Shown: positions 12,925-26,089 of the stretch, piece by piece
Layout: each line of letters begins with the position of its first letter
How positions within the stretch are numbered: position 1 is the first letter of the stretch
Assembly: GCF_001194135.2 (NCBI RefSeq)
Contig: NC_068984.1
Span: 5,674,693 to 5,738,692 of the forward strand
Direction of reading: 5' to 3'
DNA length: 64,000 nucleotides
DNA from: Octopus bimaculoides
Taxonomy: Eukaryota
The notes under the pieces: model-generated
Told to the model about the DNA's origin: nothing
The model's database searches: none
Seen by the model: the letters and a program-made list of their open reading frames with translations, nothing else
Translations under genes and position numbers: made by a program

Positions 12925-13272
12925 ACCTGCAACCATATGGTTTCAGGTTCATTCCCAGTGCGTAGCACCTTACACAATTGTCTTCTACCATAGCCCCGGG
13001 CGGACTTATGCCTTATGAGAGAATTTGGCAGATGGAAACTGTGTGGAAGCCCATCTTATACGTATGTGTGTCTGAGTTTGTCACCACTACACCGCATGAC
13101 GCCGGTGTTGGTTTGTTACCTTCCTGTAAACTGGTGGTTTGGCAAAAGGGACCGATAGAGTAAGTGCCAGACTAAGGATAAGTATCGGAGTCGATTCCAT
13201 TTATTTAATTACACCCCACAAGCGGTGCTCTAGCATGGCCGGAGCCCAATTACTAAAATAAGTAAAAGATAA
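12925..13272 (+). mobile_element. Family A SINE, diverged
   Basis: B-box caggttcattccc, CORE-like gtagcaccttacacaattgtcttc, tail gcggtgctctagcatggcc. Confidence 0.75.
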
Positions 13273-13484
13273 ATGACAACATAATGCTATAGCCGTCGAA
13301 GCAGATGGGTTGGTCGCGGCTGGAATGGGCTTGATTATAGGGTTATTCTATCTGGAGCTAAACAGCAGCACCATAAGTAAAACCAATATATATCAAGAGT
13401 AGTATGTTTTTGTCAGGTTCTTTTATTCCTCAATAACAGGAACCATTCTATAGAATGTAAATCTAGAGCGTATACTACAGAGCT

Positions 13485-13760
13485 ACATACTACCACATTA
13501 ACTACGTCTATACACAACTACACTCACTGAATTTTACACTACTGCACTCTACAACATTAACTTTCGCACACTATAGTGACTCCACTTTTACACTGCTACA
13601 TTGACTACTTCATTGACTACACTTACACATTACTGCATTGGCTCTACTCACTACTGCAATCATTACACTTAATCCCTACTGCATTCACTAAACTTATATA
13701 CACTTCTCTTGACTACACTTAAACTGTACTGTCTTTCCTACACTTATACACTGCTACAAT
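13485..13760. repeat. Degenerate ACT/CAC-rich satellite-like tract
   Basis: Recurrent actac/acact/cact units; G-poor on the + strand. Confidence 0.6.
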
Positions 13761-14550
13761 CTATTTGGAACCAAACACGATTCTACCCAGTCACTCAATG
13801 GCTAGAATTTCTATCAAAATCTTTTTCCAGTAAATTTTGTTGTTTTAAAATAAAGGAATAATTCAATCACAAATCTTTGAAAACGATAACGAATAGTCAC
13901 GGCTGGAGAATCTTTTTATTACTGATCTGTACTTGGCTAGCTGTTACCTACTGGTAAGTAACATTAGCTACTGCATATTACGATAAATCAAATATACTGT
14001 ATTGTTTTTATTTCGGGATGGTCATTTTATTTCTTGATTTATTTTTTGCTAAATAAACACTCGCATTATATATTTTTTCCTTCATTTGTTTATTACTAGT
14101 CTTTTTTATTTTATGTGCGTTGCCCGGAAATCTTTCGTCACACATCTGTGACCTCTTCAGCGACACTTTTAGTTTCCATGTGTGTGCTTGCTCCACTTAC
14201 TCCATTCTGTTTTACCTGACAGTGGACATAAAATAAATAAGACCAGTTATACACGAGTGAAGAAAAATATATAGTTCGTGAGTTTATTTGGCAAAGAAAA
14301 AAAAAAAAAGATAAATAAATTTACCAACCCGAAATACAACAATATCTGTCTCAACACACGATTTCACATCAGGAATCTTTCAAAATGAATAAACATAACA
14401 AATATACTGTAATATGCTAGAGCTATGATAATTCCTAATTTCAATGTTTAAAGTCACGGATTCAATACCTCACAAAACTGGATTCTATATTGAGGCAGTG
14501 GAATGGAATAACTGGTACTGTGATTAGCTTAAATGAAACACAGTAGCATT

Positions 14551-15041
14551 ATTTTACATTATTTACATTTGACGGATATTTGTCCACATCTTGTTTGTTG
14601 TTAGCACAACGTTTCGCTTGATCTACCCTCCAGCCTTCGTCAGGTGTCTTGGGGAAATTTCGAACCTGGGTTCTCATTCCTAAGGTATTTTTCGATGTTC
14701 TTATTAATATTATTATTATCCAGGTCACTGCCTGGAATCAAACTCGGAATCGTGGGGTTAGTAACCCGCGCTCTTAACCACTACGCCATATGCCCGTGGG
14801 CATAGTGGTTAAGAGCGCGGGCTACTAACCCCAAGATTCCGAGTTCAATTCTAGGCAGTGATCTGAATAATAATATCGAAAAATACGTTAGGAATGAGAA
14901 CCTATGTTCGAAATCACCCCAAAACACCTGACGAAGGCTATAGGGTATATCAACCGAAACGTTGTGATAACAAAAAAAAATGAGGACAAATATCCATCAA
15001 ATGTAAATAATGTACATAATTCCTCATCTCTTAAATATAGA
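14551..15041. mobile_element. Fold-back element: two head-to-head tRNA-derived arms, each carrying a hammerhead motif (probable non-autonomous, Penelope-like-associated retroelement)
   Basis: About 245-bp inverted arms centred near 14795. tRNA-like heads (A box tggcgtagtgg; loop CT-ACT-AA; B box gagttcaattc). HHR cores CUGACGA...GAAACGUU at 14928-14963 (+) and about 14604-14649 (-). 11-bp TSD acagtagcatt at 14540-14550 and 15042-15052. Confidence 0.8.
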
Positions 15042-16631
15042 ACAGTAGCATTTATTCATCCAAATATACCTTGATGGATATAAAAACAGGTACCCCAATA
15101 CTATTTAATATTAGCTCAAATAGTTATACATTTTCTTTAACGATACGTGTTCTTATAGCCGTACAATTGGTTATAAGGAATTCTTGGGTTTTATCCTGAG
15201 CTAAATACGATAGTCAGAGGAAGACGGACCTACAGCGTGAAACCGACGTTCTCTTGGTATAATTTGAATCATTCATCCTTTCCTAAATGTATTCAAAACA
15301 AAAACGAAACTTTCGTCTCATTTAAGTCCTTCCCTGAAATATGGAGCGCTTTTCTCTAATGTAGAAGAAAATGTTTTAGTTTTTCTTTTCTAACGAGATC
15401 GATAAGACTAGTAATTGCTAATTAATGAAATCGATCTCCGATTGATGATGCTCACCAAAGCTAAAATACTTGGTCTTTTGTCGGGTCTGAAATAACTTCG
15501 TACGCCATTTATTTCTGGAGAACAGAATAGAATCAAATAATCTCCTGGGGATTATATGTGAACAGGCTTTCGATTTCTGAGTGAAAAAAAAAACCTTCCG
15601 TTTTTCTTACGCAAGAACAACGAATAACACTGATGGGACGGAAGAGTTTCGGTCAACAAATCGGTGATTTTTAAGCTACAACTTCTTCAGCCATTTCATC
15701 CGTACTCAAGACATCACGCAACGATCTGCTGCACTTAGATATACGTATATAGTACACAGCAAAATGCTCCAGGGTTGTAGGCAGTGGGAGCAATATATCA
15801 CTCTAATTAAATGACGTGTGTTTTCTCATATTGCAATGCTTAGTTTAAAGACTTCTGATGAGCATCGGCCATGATAGAAATTTTGCCAAATAACTCTTGT
15901 TGTTGTTGTTGTTATTTTTGCTCGAAATTTTTGTTTCATTATTTTCTGTCTTATTTACATTTTCTTTTCATCCTTCCCCTCTGCTATGACTGCTTTCTCA
16001 TGAATATGATACACCCTACTTCTTGTACAATCTCTCCGCCTCCAGTCAACATATATGGAGATTAACTACTACTACTACTACTACTACCACCACTACCGTC
16101 ATGACCATATCCATAATTATCGTCTCCTATTTATCGCCATGGTGTTCTCTGTATCGCTGCTTCTACTAATCATTAAAATGCCGCTAATGCTCTCATTAAG
16201 AGAAGTCCCGGTGTCAAGGTTTATGGTGTAGTGATGACGTGCAAAATCAAGTGAAGAACAACAAGCTTCCAGAACTGCCACTCACATAGGAACAACCAAT
16301 GATCGACACTGTCAACTTTTATCATTCAATGATTTACTCAACTTTTACGATTCTTGAAAAATACAATTTTAACAAGATTAATGTCATGAACACCGCTAAT
16401 ATATTCCCGTTTATTCCGAATTTTACACGTTTTCTATAAAACGAACAGGTTTAAATAATGCAAGATGTAATTACCTTTTATTCTGAGTTCGTGACCAACA
16501 AACAGAAATCTATGTGTTTGTTTATTTGTGTGTATGTGTGAATGTGTATTTATATATGTGTATAAAGTGTCTGTACTTTAAAAGTGCGTGTTTCTTGTCT
16601 TGTGTGTGTATAACTGCGTATAGAACTGTTA

Positions 16632-16743
16632 AATCTAATATATAACTCTGTGTTCTGTCTGATATGTTACTATGGGCGTGTTTAAATTAATGTCTGGTAT
16701 GTTACTGTGGGCGTGTACATGTTATGTCTAGTATATAACTGTC
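16632..16743. repeat. Degenerate minisatellite of about 35 bp
   Basis: tgtctgatatgttactatgggcgtg units starting at 16656, 16691 and 16725. Confidence 0.7.
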
Positions 16744-17629
16744 GAATCCGAAAAACGAGCTGGTCAAGGATGGAACGTACTTGATTGTCTGCTTGATCAG
16801 ATCTGACCTGGGGTTATACATGTCAAACCTGATCTAAGCTTTATTTAGATTACATTTAGATATACCGGGAGATAAATGTAGTTTTGTTTGAAAGCAGGGT
16901 TTCTATGCAATATAAATCATAGGTGTTTTCCCTTTTTATTTTATCAGATAGTCTATACAGCGAGAATGCTTAAAATAGATTTTGGCAACGACTAGTGTAT
17001 AACTTGTTTGGGAATGAATTTCATGGAAAGATTGATATCATCTCATGCTGTGGTTTTACTTAGTCCAAAAGACAATTCAGTTAACATTTATCGCCGACAG
17101 AGAGAAATATTTCCTCAGGATTTTCAGGATAAATATTTGCTACTGGTTCGTTTTGATAGGAAAACCTCTGACAGCGAAGACAATTAATTTACCTTACGTA
17201 AAGTTCAGTTTCCAGAAACGCAAATGCTCTCAGCCCCCGCACACATATACAAACACACACGCACACATTCTCACTCTCTTTCTCTCTCTCTCTCTCTCTC
17301 GCTCTCTCGCTCTCTCAACTCGATGTACGTTACTGAAACGAATTGAAATAGCCATCTATGTATCATACTTAAAGCATATGCTTCGTTCACAAGCATAATG
17401 TAGGTTTTGTTTGAGAGATAATCTTTTCCTAGTTAAGCTATGTTAAAAACACTGTATAGCTAAGCGAGCCAAACATCGCTCCATCCTTGACCCGTGAGAA
17501 CACCCGACACGTTGCTATTTCTTTGGGACTTGTCAATGATGTGTACACGCTGGTCACATGATTTGACGTAATCTCTCGTTTCCGATGTGCTGACAGCTGA
17601 AATATACTGGACAATGGAGAGAGTAAAAG

Positions 17630-17900
17630 GGTCCCAGTTGATTCGGTCAACGGAACACGCTGCTCGTGAAATTTATATGAAAGAGGTTGAGTACTTCACA
17701 GACACATGTTCCCTTAATGTAGTTCAGCGAGATACAGTGTGACAAAGCTGGCCTTTTGAAACACAGATTCAACTTACTTTTGCCAGGTGAGTAGACTGGG
17801 GCACAATGAAATAAAGTGTCGTGTTTAAGAAACCAGTGCACTGCCGGAAATTGAACTCACAAACTAACAATTGTGAGCCGAACACACTAAACCACGTGCC
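17630..17900 (-). mobile_element. tRNA SINE sharing the family B 3' body
   Basis: ctgctcgtgaaatt...gtgtgacaaagctggccttttgaaa...aaataaagtgtc; homologous to 55249-55590 (+). Confidence 0.7.
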
Positions 17901-20099
17901 TCCTCAGCTAATCCTATGTAGATACAAATTCTTATCTGAATGAGAAACCTGGATAGTTTCATAGGGTGGAAACTGTTGTTTCTCTTCAACTTGATCTGCG
18001 TTCGGTGACTTTATGAGGGTGGATGTTCAGAGGTTGGTTACATTTAAATAATGCCTTTCCATCCAATGCTGCAGGAAAACTGATGATGATATTCCTGTTT
18101 CCATGTCTGATAATTGTTCTTCCAAGATCTTCTAGTCATCGTCTTTGAAGTTTAACTGTTTCTAATGATCTTACATGGAATTATTAGATTTATTACTAAA
18201 CCAGCTTCTGTGAATGTTCCTTTTCTATATTAATCTCCTCGTTATCTACTCACTGACTGTATTCTTCATTTTTTTATACATCTCTTATACGTTCCTCTTT
18301 ATGGTATATTGTTAATACTTTCCTCTGTCTCTCTACTGGAATTCTTAGTGATTTTACTCACGATGGGAATATCCTGGTTTCGATTCTCTGACCGGGGGTA
18401 CGTTACGTTCTTGAGCAACAAAACACTTTATTTTACGTTGCTTTGTGCTCACTTTGACATGTGGTGATGTCGATTTGATGAAGGGAGTGATCTAATGTAC
18501 ATCACAAACATTTAATCATAATAAACAAATCTTTTGCGAAGGGTGTTCAGCCAGAAAATGTCTTATAAAACTCACCAGTCTTTCTTTTGTTGATCGAGTG
18601 CACAAGTGCGTTTCTAGCAATGTCGGTTCTGTTTTGGGCAGCTATTTCTCGAACCCTTGTTTCATGGAACATATTGCTTGTCTGTTCCATAATAACACCC
18701 TTAGTCGTTACTCTACTATATATTCTTCCTCCTCTTTTAACAATTTGAACCCTAACCCCCCACGGGAACTGAATGCATCGTCCTAAGCTCCTAGTGGGTT
18801 TCACTGGAAACTTTTAATTTTAGAATGTATGCTGAAAGACAAATTCCTAGCCATACTCATCATACTTTAAGGAATATAGCAAGGTCTTGGTGCTGTTGAA
18901 TTCTGGGGTAGGAGACGGATACTCTTCCCCTTAAGCATCGGCGTATCTTTGAGAGTCCTGGATGCTAAAATGTGCCACTCGTTTCAGTTACAAGCAATTC
19001 CAATTGCTTCGAAGATACTAACCATATTTTCGCAGAAACATCAAATTCATCTTCCTTTGATTTGTGGTTTGTATATTTTTATGTAATAAGTTCCATCGCT
19101 TGATCTTAGATTTCGAAGTTTGGCACTGGGTCTTTGAGAGATCTCTGATTAAATCGTTGCGTTGTTTTTGCTAGGAGTGATATGGCTTTCTATTCTTTCG
19201 TTCTACTTCTGAAATTACAATTTGTACCTACAAAAGATTTCATTTGTTCCGCCTTGTTGCTTTCTTCTGGAGCCTACATCCTTCTCTCCCTGGCCGAGTG
19301 CGGATGGGATTCAGGCGGTGTTGCGCTAGTACGATCAATGATAGAAGGTTCGTGTATATCAGAGCAAATGCATATTTACCACTTCAACGTCAGGAAGCAG
19401 CGATTTCTTGAGTGATCAATGCATTTTCACCCAGTTCTTGGTTCAGTAAATTTCATGGCTCTTTTTTGCCCACTCTGCCATAATGTAAAAGAGTAAAGTA
19501 AAACTGTTATTAACAGAAATTCGAGAGTAAATGAAAAAAAGAAAGTAGTATCCAATACATTGAAATGATTTTTATATATTCTTAATAATATATTTTAATA
19601 ATATATCTTAATAGATCTTAATAATTATATATTCTTTGACTTAGTTCCACATTATTTAAAGTCTCGTAGGCGCGTAGGACAGACACAATATATTCCATCA
19701 GACGCTTAGAGCAAAGAAGTACATTTTATCCGTGACAATAATGTGCGAGAATCACAGAACGCATTTAATGTCTGATATACTTTTGCATGAACTGAATATT
19801 TTTGTATGACGCGGAAGATTTTAAATAATTCCTAAAATTTCATTCTCCAAGCAAGTTGGCCAGCCTACCCTCCAGTGCTTTCCATTTTTGCACAGTTGTT
19901 CAAGGTTAATCGATTCGCACGGAATGACACTCGTCAGTTTCGCACACTCTATTGGATTTTCCTACAAAATACTTTCTTTTGCTGGAGTTAATAAATCGAC
20001 CGTAAATATAGCAGCTTCCTCTTCATAAGCTCTCTGGTAAATGAATGTAAACCGACTAATTTACGCTGTTATAACTAAAATGAGTTGCTGAACTTAACG

Positions 20100-20335
20100 T
20101 CCGGTTATTACTGGTATTGTTTTTGCCTTCATGTCTGATCTCTTTATTACGGTTTCGAAATCCTACAAGGAAATGAGATAAAACAACCAAATTGCAGAAT
20201 TGCTTGTCTTTTTTGCAAGTTCCTCCCGTGTATGGTTGTTACTCAGAATGGATGGTGATATCTATCACTGTGCAGATATTTTCTTTTAAGTCCTTGATTA
20301 TGATGTCTGGACGGTTTCTTTCATCTCTTCTCCAG
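20100..20335 (-). mobile_element. Non-LTR retrotransposon fragment, restriction-like endonuclease (R4/Dong-like)
   Basis: Minus-strand translation NRPDIIIKDLKENICTVIDITI and downstream MKAKTIPVI fit the RLE PD-(D/E)xK region; contains stops. Confidence 0.65.
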
Positions 20336-20444
20336 TTTGTACATGCTCTCAGGTGATTTTAGCAAGGTCTTCCACCTTTTAACTTCCTTCAGTTTCAACC
20401 GTCATGAAAAGCTTCAAGACTTATTGAATAACACTGACATAATT

Positions 20445-20720
20445 GTACATCATCATCATCAACGCTTTGACCTTAATATCTTGAGTCCTAGCACTCATAA
20501 GGACAGTTGCTCAGTTTCCATGACCCATAAGTGACGAAAAACACAATACTCTCCCTGGATGAGATGCTAGACCACCGCAGGGTCACTCATTTACAACTGA
20601 GTGGACAGGAGATCGTGAAAGGGTTTTCCTAAAGGACACAATGAACTGCCGCGTCCTGGATTTGAACCTACGTTCTTGTAATTGTGACTGCAACACCCTA
20701 ACCACTAAGCCACTCACCTT
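20445..20720 (-). mobile_element. tRNA-derived SINE (separate family)
   Basis: Reverse B box ggatttgaacc and A box aaccactaagcca; body tactctccctggatgagatgctagaccaccgcaggg. Confidence 0.65.
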
Positions 20721-23369
20721 CATGTATATCCGGATTAAGAAATTTGTGGGTCATATTTAGTCGTTCATCGACCGGCCTATGTGTCATGGATCTGCTGAAC
20801 CCCTTCTCAGCCGAGGCTACAGAAAGACCACAAGATGTCTCACGGATAAAGGTCAGAAACCCTGTAAAACAAGTATCCATGAAATAGAGGCCAACCTCCA
20901 GAACTGACTATTCTGATATGGAAAACTTAATTTCCATAGTTGGAACTTACTAGTTTCTTTATAGTTTGAAAGGGAAACGACTACAGAGAATATATTAATT
21001 TTAAACATCAAACAAATTTGAAAATCAATTAAATTGGAGATATGTCAAAACTTCTAAATAAAAACGAAGCTCTAAAACCAGGAAACCAAATCTATTTATG
21101 TATTTTCAAGAATGGACTCACTAAAATTCTACCCGACATTCTAGCAGAACAAATTGTTTCTGCAGGTTCTTCACCAGAACTCTTTAACGAAATATTCTGA
21201 CAAGATCGAAATATATTGTTGATAACTTCAACAACAGAAATAGATTTAACGCTAACAACAATAATATTGCCAGATTTCACATTAACATTTGAATAATGGA
21301 CATCAATGGAAAATAAATCAATCCCAGAAGACTAACATCATCTTCTTCATTCAATCCCAGCTCTCTACCTCCCTTTCTGTCTCTCTTCTCTCTCTCATAC
21401 ATATATATGCGTATATATATAATATTTATCTCAATTCTCATTTGTCTCTATCTTTACCAATTCTATTTATAAATAATACGTGCACACATACATACATATC
21501 CAAATTTCTATATATTCGTAAATACATAAGCTTACGAAATATGCGCGTGTATATACAACTATATATTTGTATTCATAGGTATACACATACATGCCAAACT
21601 GCACACATAAACGTCAACACTCATACACGTATGCATATGTGTGTATGCATATCTATCTATCTATGCAAATATATATATAAAATACACCTATGTTTATGAG
21701 CTAGATTAATTGTAATTACATGTAAGTAGTAGTTGTAGTAGTGTTTTTATCGATCGATTGATAAATGTTTATAAGCAAGGAAATCTGTCAAAATAAACAC
21801 AAACCAAGCGATTTTACACACATTTATACACACTCACATGCACTCAAAACTGTTGAAGTATCACTCGTTTATCTCTCTGAAATAATTGCCATTAAATCTT
21901 TCTAGATGGTGCGCTAGCATGGCCTTATTCGAGCGGACATATACTTATATATACATACATACACTTAGATACAAATTTGTATTTGCATTCTACCATCCAC
22001 TCACGCACGCAATGATATCTGTAATTTTTTGACAGTCTTTGACAAATACCCAATCATTTGTTGGGGCAATGTTCACCTTATGGTAATCTTCCATGATAAT
22101 AGATATAACTGAACAGCAACGAGCTTCATCAGCTGGTGTAAATGAACACTGCTCTCCTGGTGAAACTTTGCTATCGCTAACAGTCGGTAACGAGGGATAG
22201 AAAATAAAACAAAGTCCATGGAAAAAAAAAAATATTTTATATCAAAAAACAGAAAGCAACTCCCGATTGCCCTACTCGGAAATCACTTGGAAAGCTTAAC
22301 ATGCTTTACCAACAAAAGATTAGATTAATATGGGAACTAAACGCATATATACCTCACATGTCACGTCTTATATAATCTAATTTTATATATAGAAAAAAAA
22401 AAAGGATATTTGCCCTACCTAATTTGCATAATCAAAATCATTTCCAACTACTTTGCAAAAGGTGAAAATCTTTGTCAACCATCAAGCAGACTGCTGGAGG
22501 ATATTGATGAAGTTTAATAGACAGAAACATGTTCGAAATTTTCTGTTTGCGTCATACATATATAGACACATCTGATATTTCCCTAGAAATGTAAATTAAC
22601 TTCCAGACATTAATTTTTTATGATTCTTTCCCTGCCTCTAAACGTTGCCGCTTGGATTGTATCTTCCTCTAACTAAGCGTGAATTTTAATTAAATTTACT
22701 ATTTTTTGTGTGCATTCTATTCAAAACTGAACATATGTATCTAAATTTAAACCATTGGTCCATTTATGTTTTATTGTGCAATCGTGTGTGTGTGTCTGTG
22801 TGTGCAGGCGTGTGAGTAAGGTGTTCTCTATGTTTACCAATATCGAAGTAGATTGAAGATTTTATAGAAATGTGACGTTGGTATATTTCTCTGATGATTA
22901 ACACTTCCTGAACTATATTAGATCGATTCTGCAAATGTGATGAAGATTTAGAACATTATTCGATTTTCAATGCCAATAAAATGATAAAAGAAAAATAATT
23001 TTCTTGGAGGTCAGTACTGAGATCACAATCTAAACATATCTTCAAATAAGGGTGGATTTTTTAAGGGTCAGACAGAGGGGAAATGATAATTAATTTCGAG
23101 CTGTCAGCATAGTAACATCATATTATAATAAGAAGTGTTAGAGCTTAATGATTATTAAGACGGAGAAATGCTGGCTTTTGCTTTATGAACAAATACATAG
23201 AAATAAAAATAACTTCAGCGCAGCCGAATCAATAAGGTGCTGGCCTTCTAAGGCGTAGTGTCGAAGGTTCGTGTATTATCACTGCAGTATTATTATGTCT
23301 GTTGCTAAATATTTCACCCGCAAGAGTCCAGTTCGTAGCGTGAAACAGTGAATCAAAATCTGGATATTA

Positions 23370-23543
23370 TTTCTTTAAGAAGTTTGCTTCCCGACCATAT
23401 TCTTTCCGGTTCAGTTCCGCTGCGTGGAGACTGGGACATATTCTTTATACTATATCATCGGATCGACCAAAGACGTGTGACTGGATTTGGTAGACGGAAA
23501 CTGAAAGAAGCCCACCACCTGTGTGGTTTTTGGTATATATGCT

Positions 23544-23595
<52 letters not shown>

Positions 23596-23760
23596 TGTAT
23601 GAATGTGAACTTGTTTGATCGTGTGTTTGTGCTCTTGTCTTGACATCGCGTGATAGTTGTAAACGAGTATCACTCTCAGAAGCGGGGTCGTTCGTTTCTA
23701 ATATTCTGCAGAAGCATGTCTGGCCACAGCGAAGCCTGTGGTTGCTGATGACAGGCTGTG
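23370..23760 (+). mobile_element. Family A 5' half joined through (TA)n to an alternative 3' half
   Basis: ggatttggtagacggaaactgaaagaagccc, then (TA)n, then cttgacatcgcgtgatagttgtaaacgag...agcatgtctggcca instead of the usual 3' half. Confidence 0.65.
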
Positions 23761-23769
23761 TGTCAGACA

Positions 23770-24085
23770 GAGGTATGGTGGTATGATTAAGAAGCTCGTT
23801 TCACAACTACGTGGCTTTGAGCTCGGTCCCCATTTGCGGTACCTTGGGCTACTATAGCCCCGCGTTGACGGGAGCTATGTAGACGTTTGCATGCGTTTGT
23901 CCTCTCTAGAAACTCTTGATAACTAATGTTGGTTTGTTTCCATCCTTATAAGCTAATGTTTCGGCACAAAGCACGATAGAATTAGCACCAGACTTGAAAA
24001 TAACCGGAGTCGATATCTTAGACTATCGCGTTTACGGAATTGCTCCAGCTTGGCTGCAGTCATAAGCATGGAACAAAAGATAAAA
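23770..24085 (+). mobile_element. Family A SINE, diverged
   Basis: gcggtaccttgggc CORE remnant; tail gctccagcttggctgcagtc. Confidence 0.65.
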
Positions 24086-25177
24086 GATTTCTTGGAAACA
24101 ATTAAGTGTTGGTGACATAAAATCTGTCCAGCCGTAGAAAATTTATCTCGTAACTCTGTCCGACCAATGCAAGCATCGACGTTAAAGCGATGATGGTGAT
24201 ATAGTATGAAATATGAAAGAGTCAGTGGTAGATGTTCAAAGGACCAATCGCTAGGAAACAGCATTTGCAATGGTGAGTGACAATATGCGTGCCTGTGAGT
24301 GACAATATGCGTGCCTGTACAATTCGGACGGAAGAAACGCCACACTCCATTTTTGATTGATGCACTGTATTATTGCTAATTTTCTTATGAAGAAGCAGAT
24401 TTGTCGCCAGAATATCTTCTCTCTCTCTCTCACATACATACATTGTGTTTGTGTATTAACTGCAAAGAGATACCGAGTTGTACATTAGCAGAGCTGTGCA
24501 AACTTCAGATCCTATTAATGGTTGAGAAATTTGTCCAACATACACTCACGTTGATCTCGCAATGAATTAAACATTTCCTGACTGGTGTTCTACTAACCCA
24601 ATATATTACGGTTCCACCACCATCACGCAGCCGCCTCCATTTTAAACTCCACAAATACATGAATAAGTGCACTAAACCAAAACGAAACAAATCAAAAACA
24701 ATTTCAAGCCAACAGTTGAGATTCTTTTCAAACATACAAGTCTGTATTTGACAAGTTCATGTCATTATCATTTAGAAAAATCTAAAGACTTATATTTAGT
24801 ATAAATGGAACTAAAATCCGCTACATTTGTTGCCTTAAGGCAGTTATTATCAGCTCTTCAAGCAACTGACGACGTGAAGTACCACATTTAACAATGTCCA
24901 GCCACCTAACTTGCCTCTCACAATAATCAACAAATTAACAGTTAAGACTTTATTCGGTTTGACTTTTTACACTCAATTACGGTTCAATTTTCTTATGTTA
25001 TTTTCTTCCTTTTTGTTTTTAACTTTTTGCAAATACATAAAGAAAATAATAAGAGTGAAAGTAGCCCAATGTAGGTTTCATTTCTGATGGAACTCACTAC
25101 AGGCAAGATGGCTAAATGTATGAGATTTTGTGGGGGTTTTACGCCATGCTGGGAGTTGAGAGATGTGAACGTCTTTT

Positions 25178-25545
25178 ACCCTTTTACTCTTTTCAGTCAT
25201 TTCACTGTGGCCATGCCGGAGCACCGCCTTTTGTCGAGCCAATCGACCCGAGGACTTATTCTTTGTGAGTCTAGTACTTATTCTATCGGTCTCTCTTGCC
25301 GAACTGCTAGATTACGTGGACGTAACCACACCAGCATCGGTTGTCAAGCGATGTTGGGGGGGGGGACAAAAACAGACACATATACATATATACGACGGGC
25401 TTCTTTCACTTTCTGTCTACCAAATCCACTCACAAGGCTTTGGTCGGCCCGAGGCTATAGTGGAAGACACTTGCCCAAGGTGCCACGCAGTGGGACTGAA
25501 CCCGGAACCATGCGGTTCGTAAGCAAGCTACTTCCCACACAGTCA
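25178..25545 (-). mobile_element. Family A SINE, near full length
   Basis: High similarity to the reverse complement of 49041-49432. Confidence 0.9.
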
Positions 25546-26048
25546 AGTTTTTTTTTTTTAAGCTAAAGGATCTGTGTTCTCCTTCCTTTAAACTTTCTAC
25601 TAATAAAAACCTTGATTTTTGTGTGTTGGACTTATATTCTCCATTGCCACCATCCGGGCTGTTGTCGCCAATAGGTTCCAAATGGAATGGAAATGCTGTC
25701 CTCGATTCGTAAAACTCCCAAAACCTCAACCGCGTACTAGAGAAACTTAACTTGGCAATTTAAACAAATGATGATACACACCTACAGTAATAACTGGACA
25801 ACAATAACAAGAAGATGCTAACAAAGAAATTTAGAATAGTTTATTGCCTTCCTATCGATGTTGATCAATCATTGCAGTAAAATGTGGGACTGAAATATTG
25901 TTCTCATGATTACATTCTCTTGTTTTTCACTTTTTATACACAATTATTGTTTTGTTTGTTTTTCCTTTTGCCATTGTGTTTGTTTCTTGTAATTATTATG
26001 ATTATAGTTATTTCGCTGACAAACGAGTACAACATCTTATGACCTTCG

Positions 26049-26089
<41 letters not shown>

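Noticed and set aside
14720-14865. Two tRNA genes
   Set aside because: Only A/B boxes and an anticodon-like loop are present, without a full acceptor stem; these are element heads, not tRNA genes.
15845-15885. CUGAUGAG...GAAA on the + strand
   Set aside because: No G-C closure of stem II and no stem III or stem I pairing.
17950-19500. Possible decayed non-LTR ORF on the minus strand
   Set aside because: Coding-like composition but no diagnostic motif I can defend; needs a repeat-library search.
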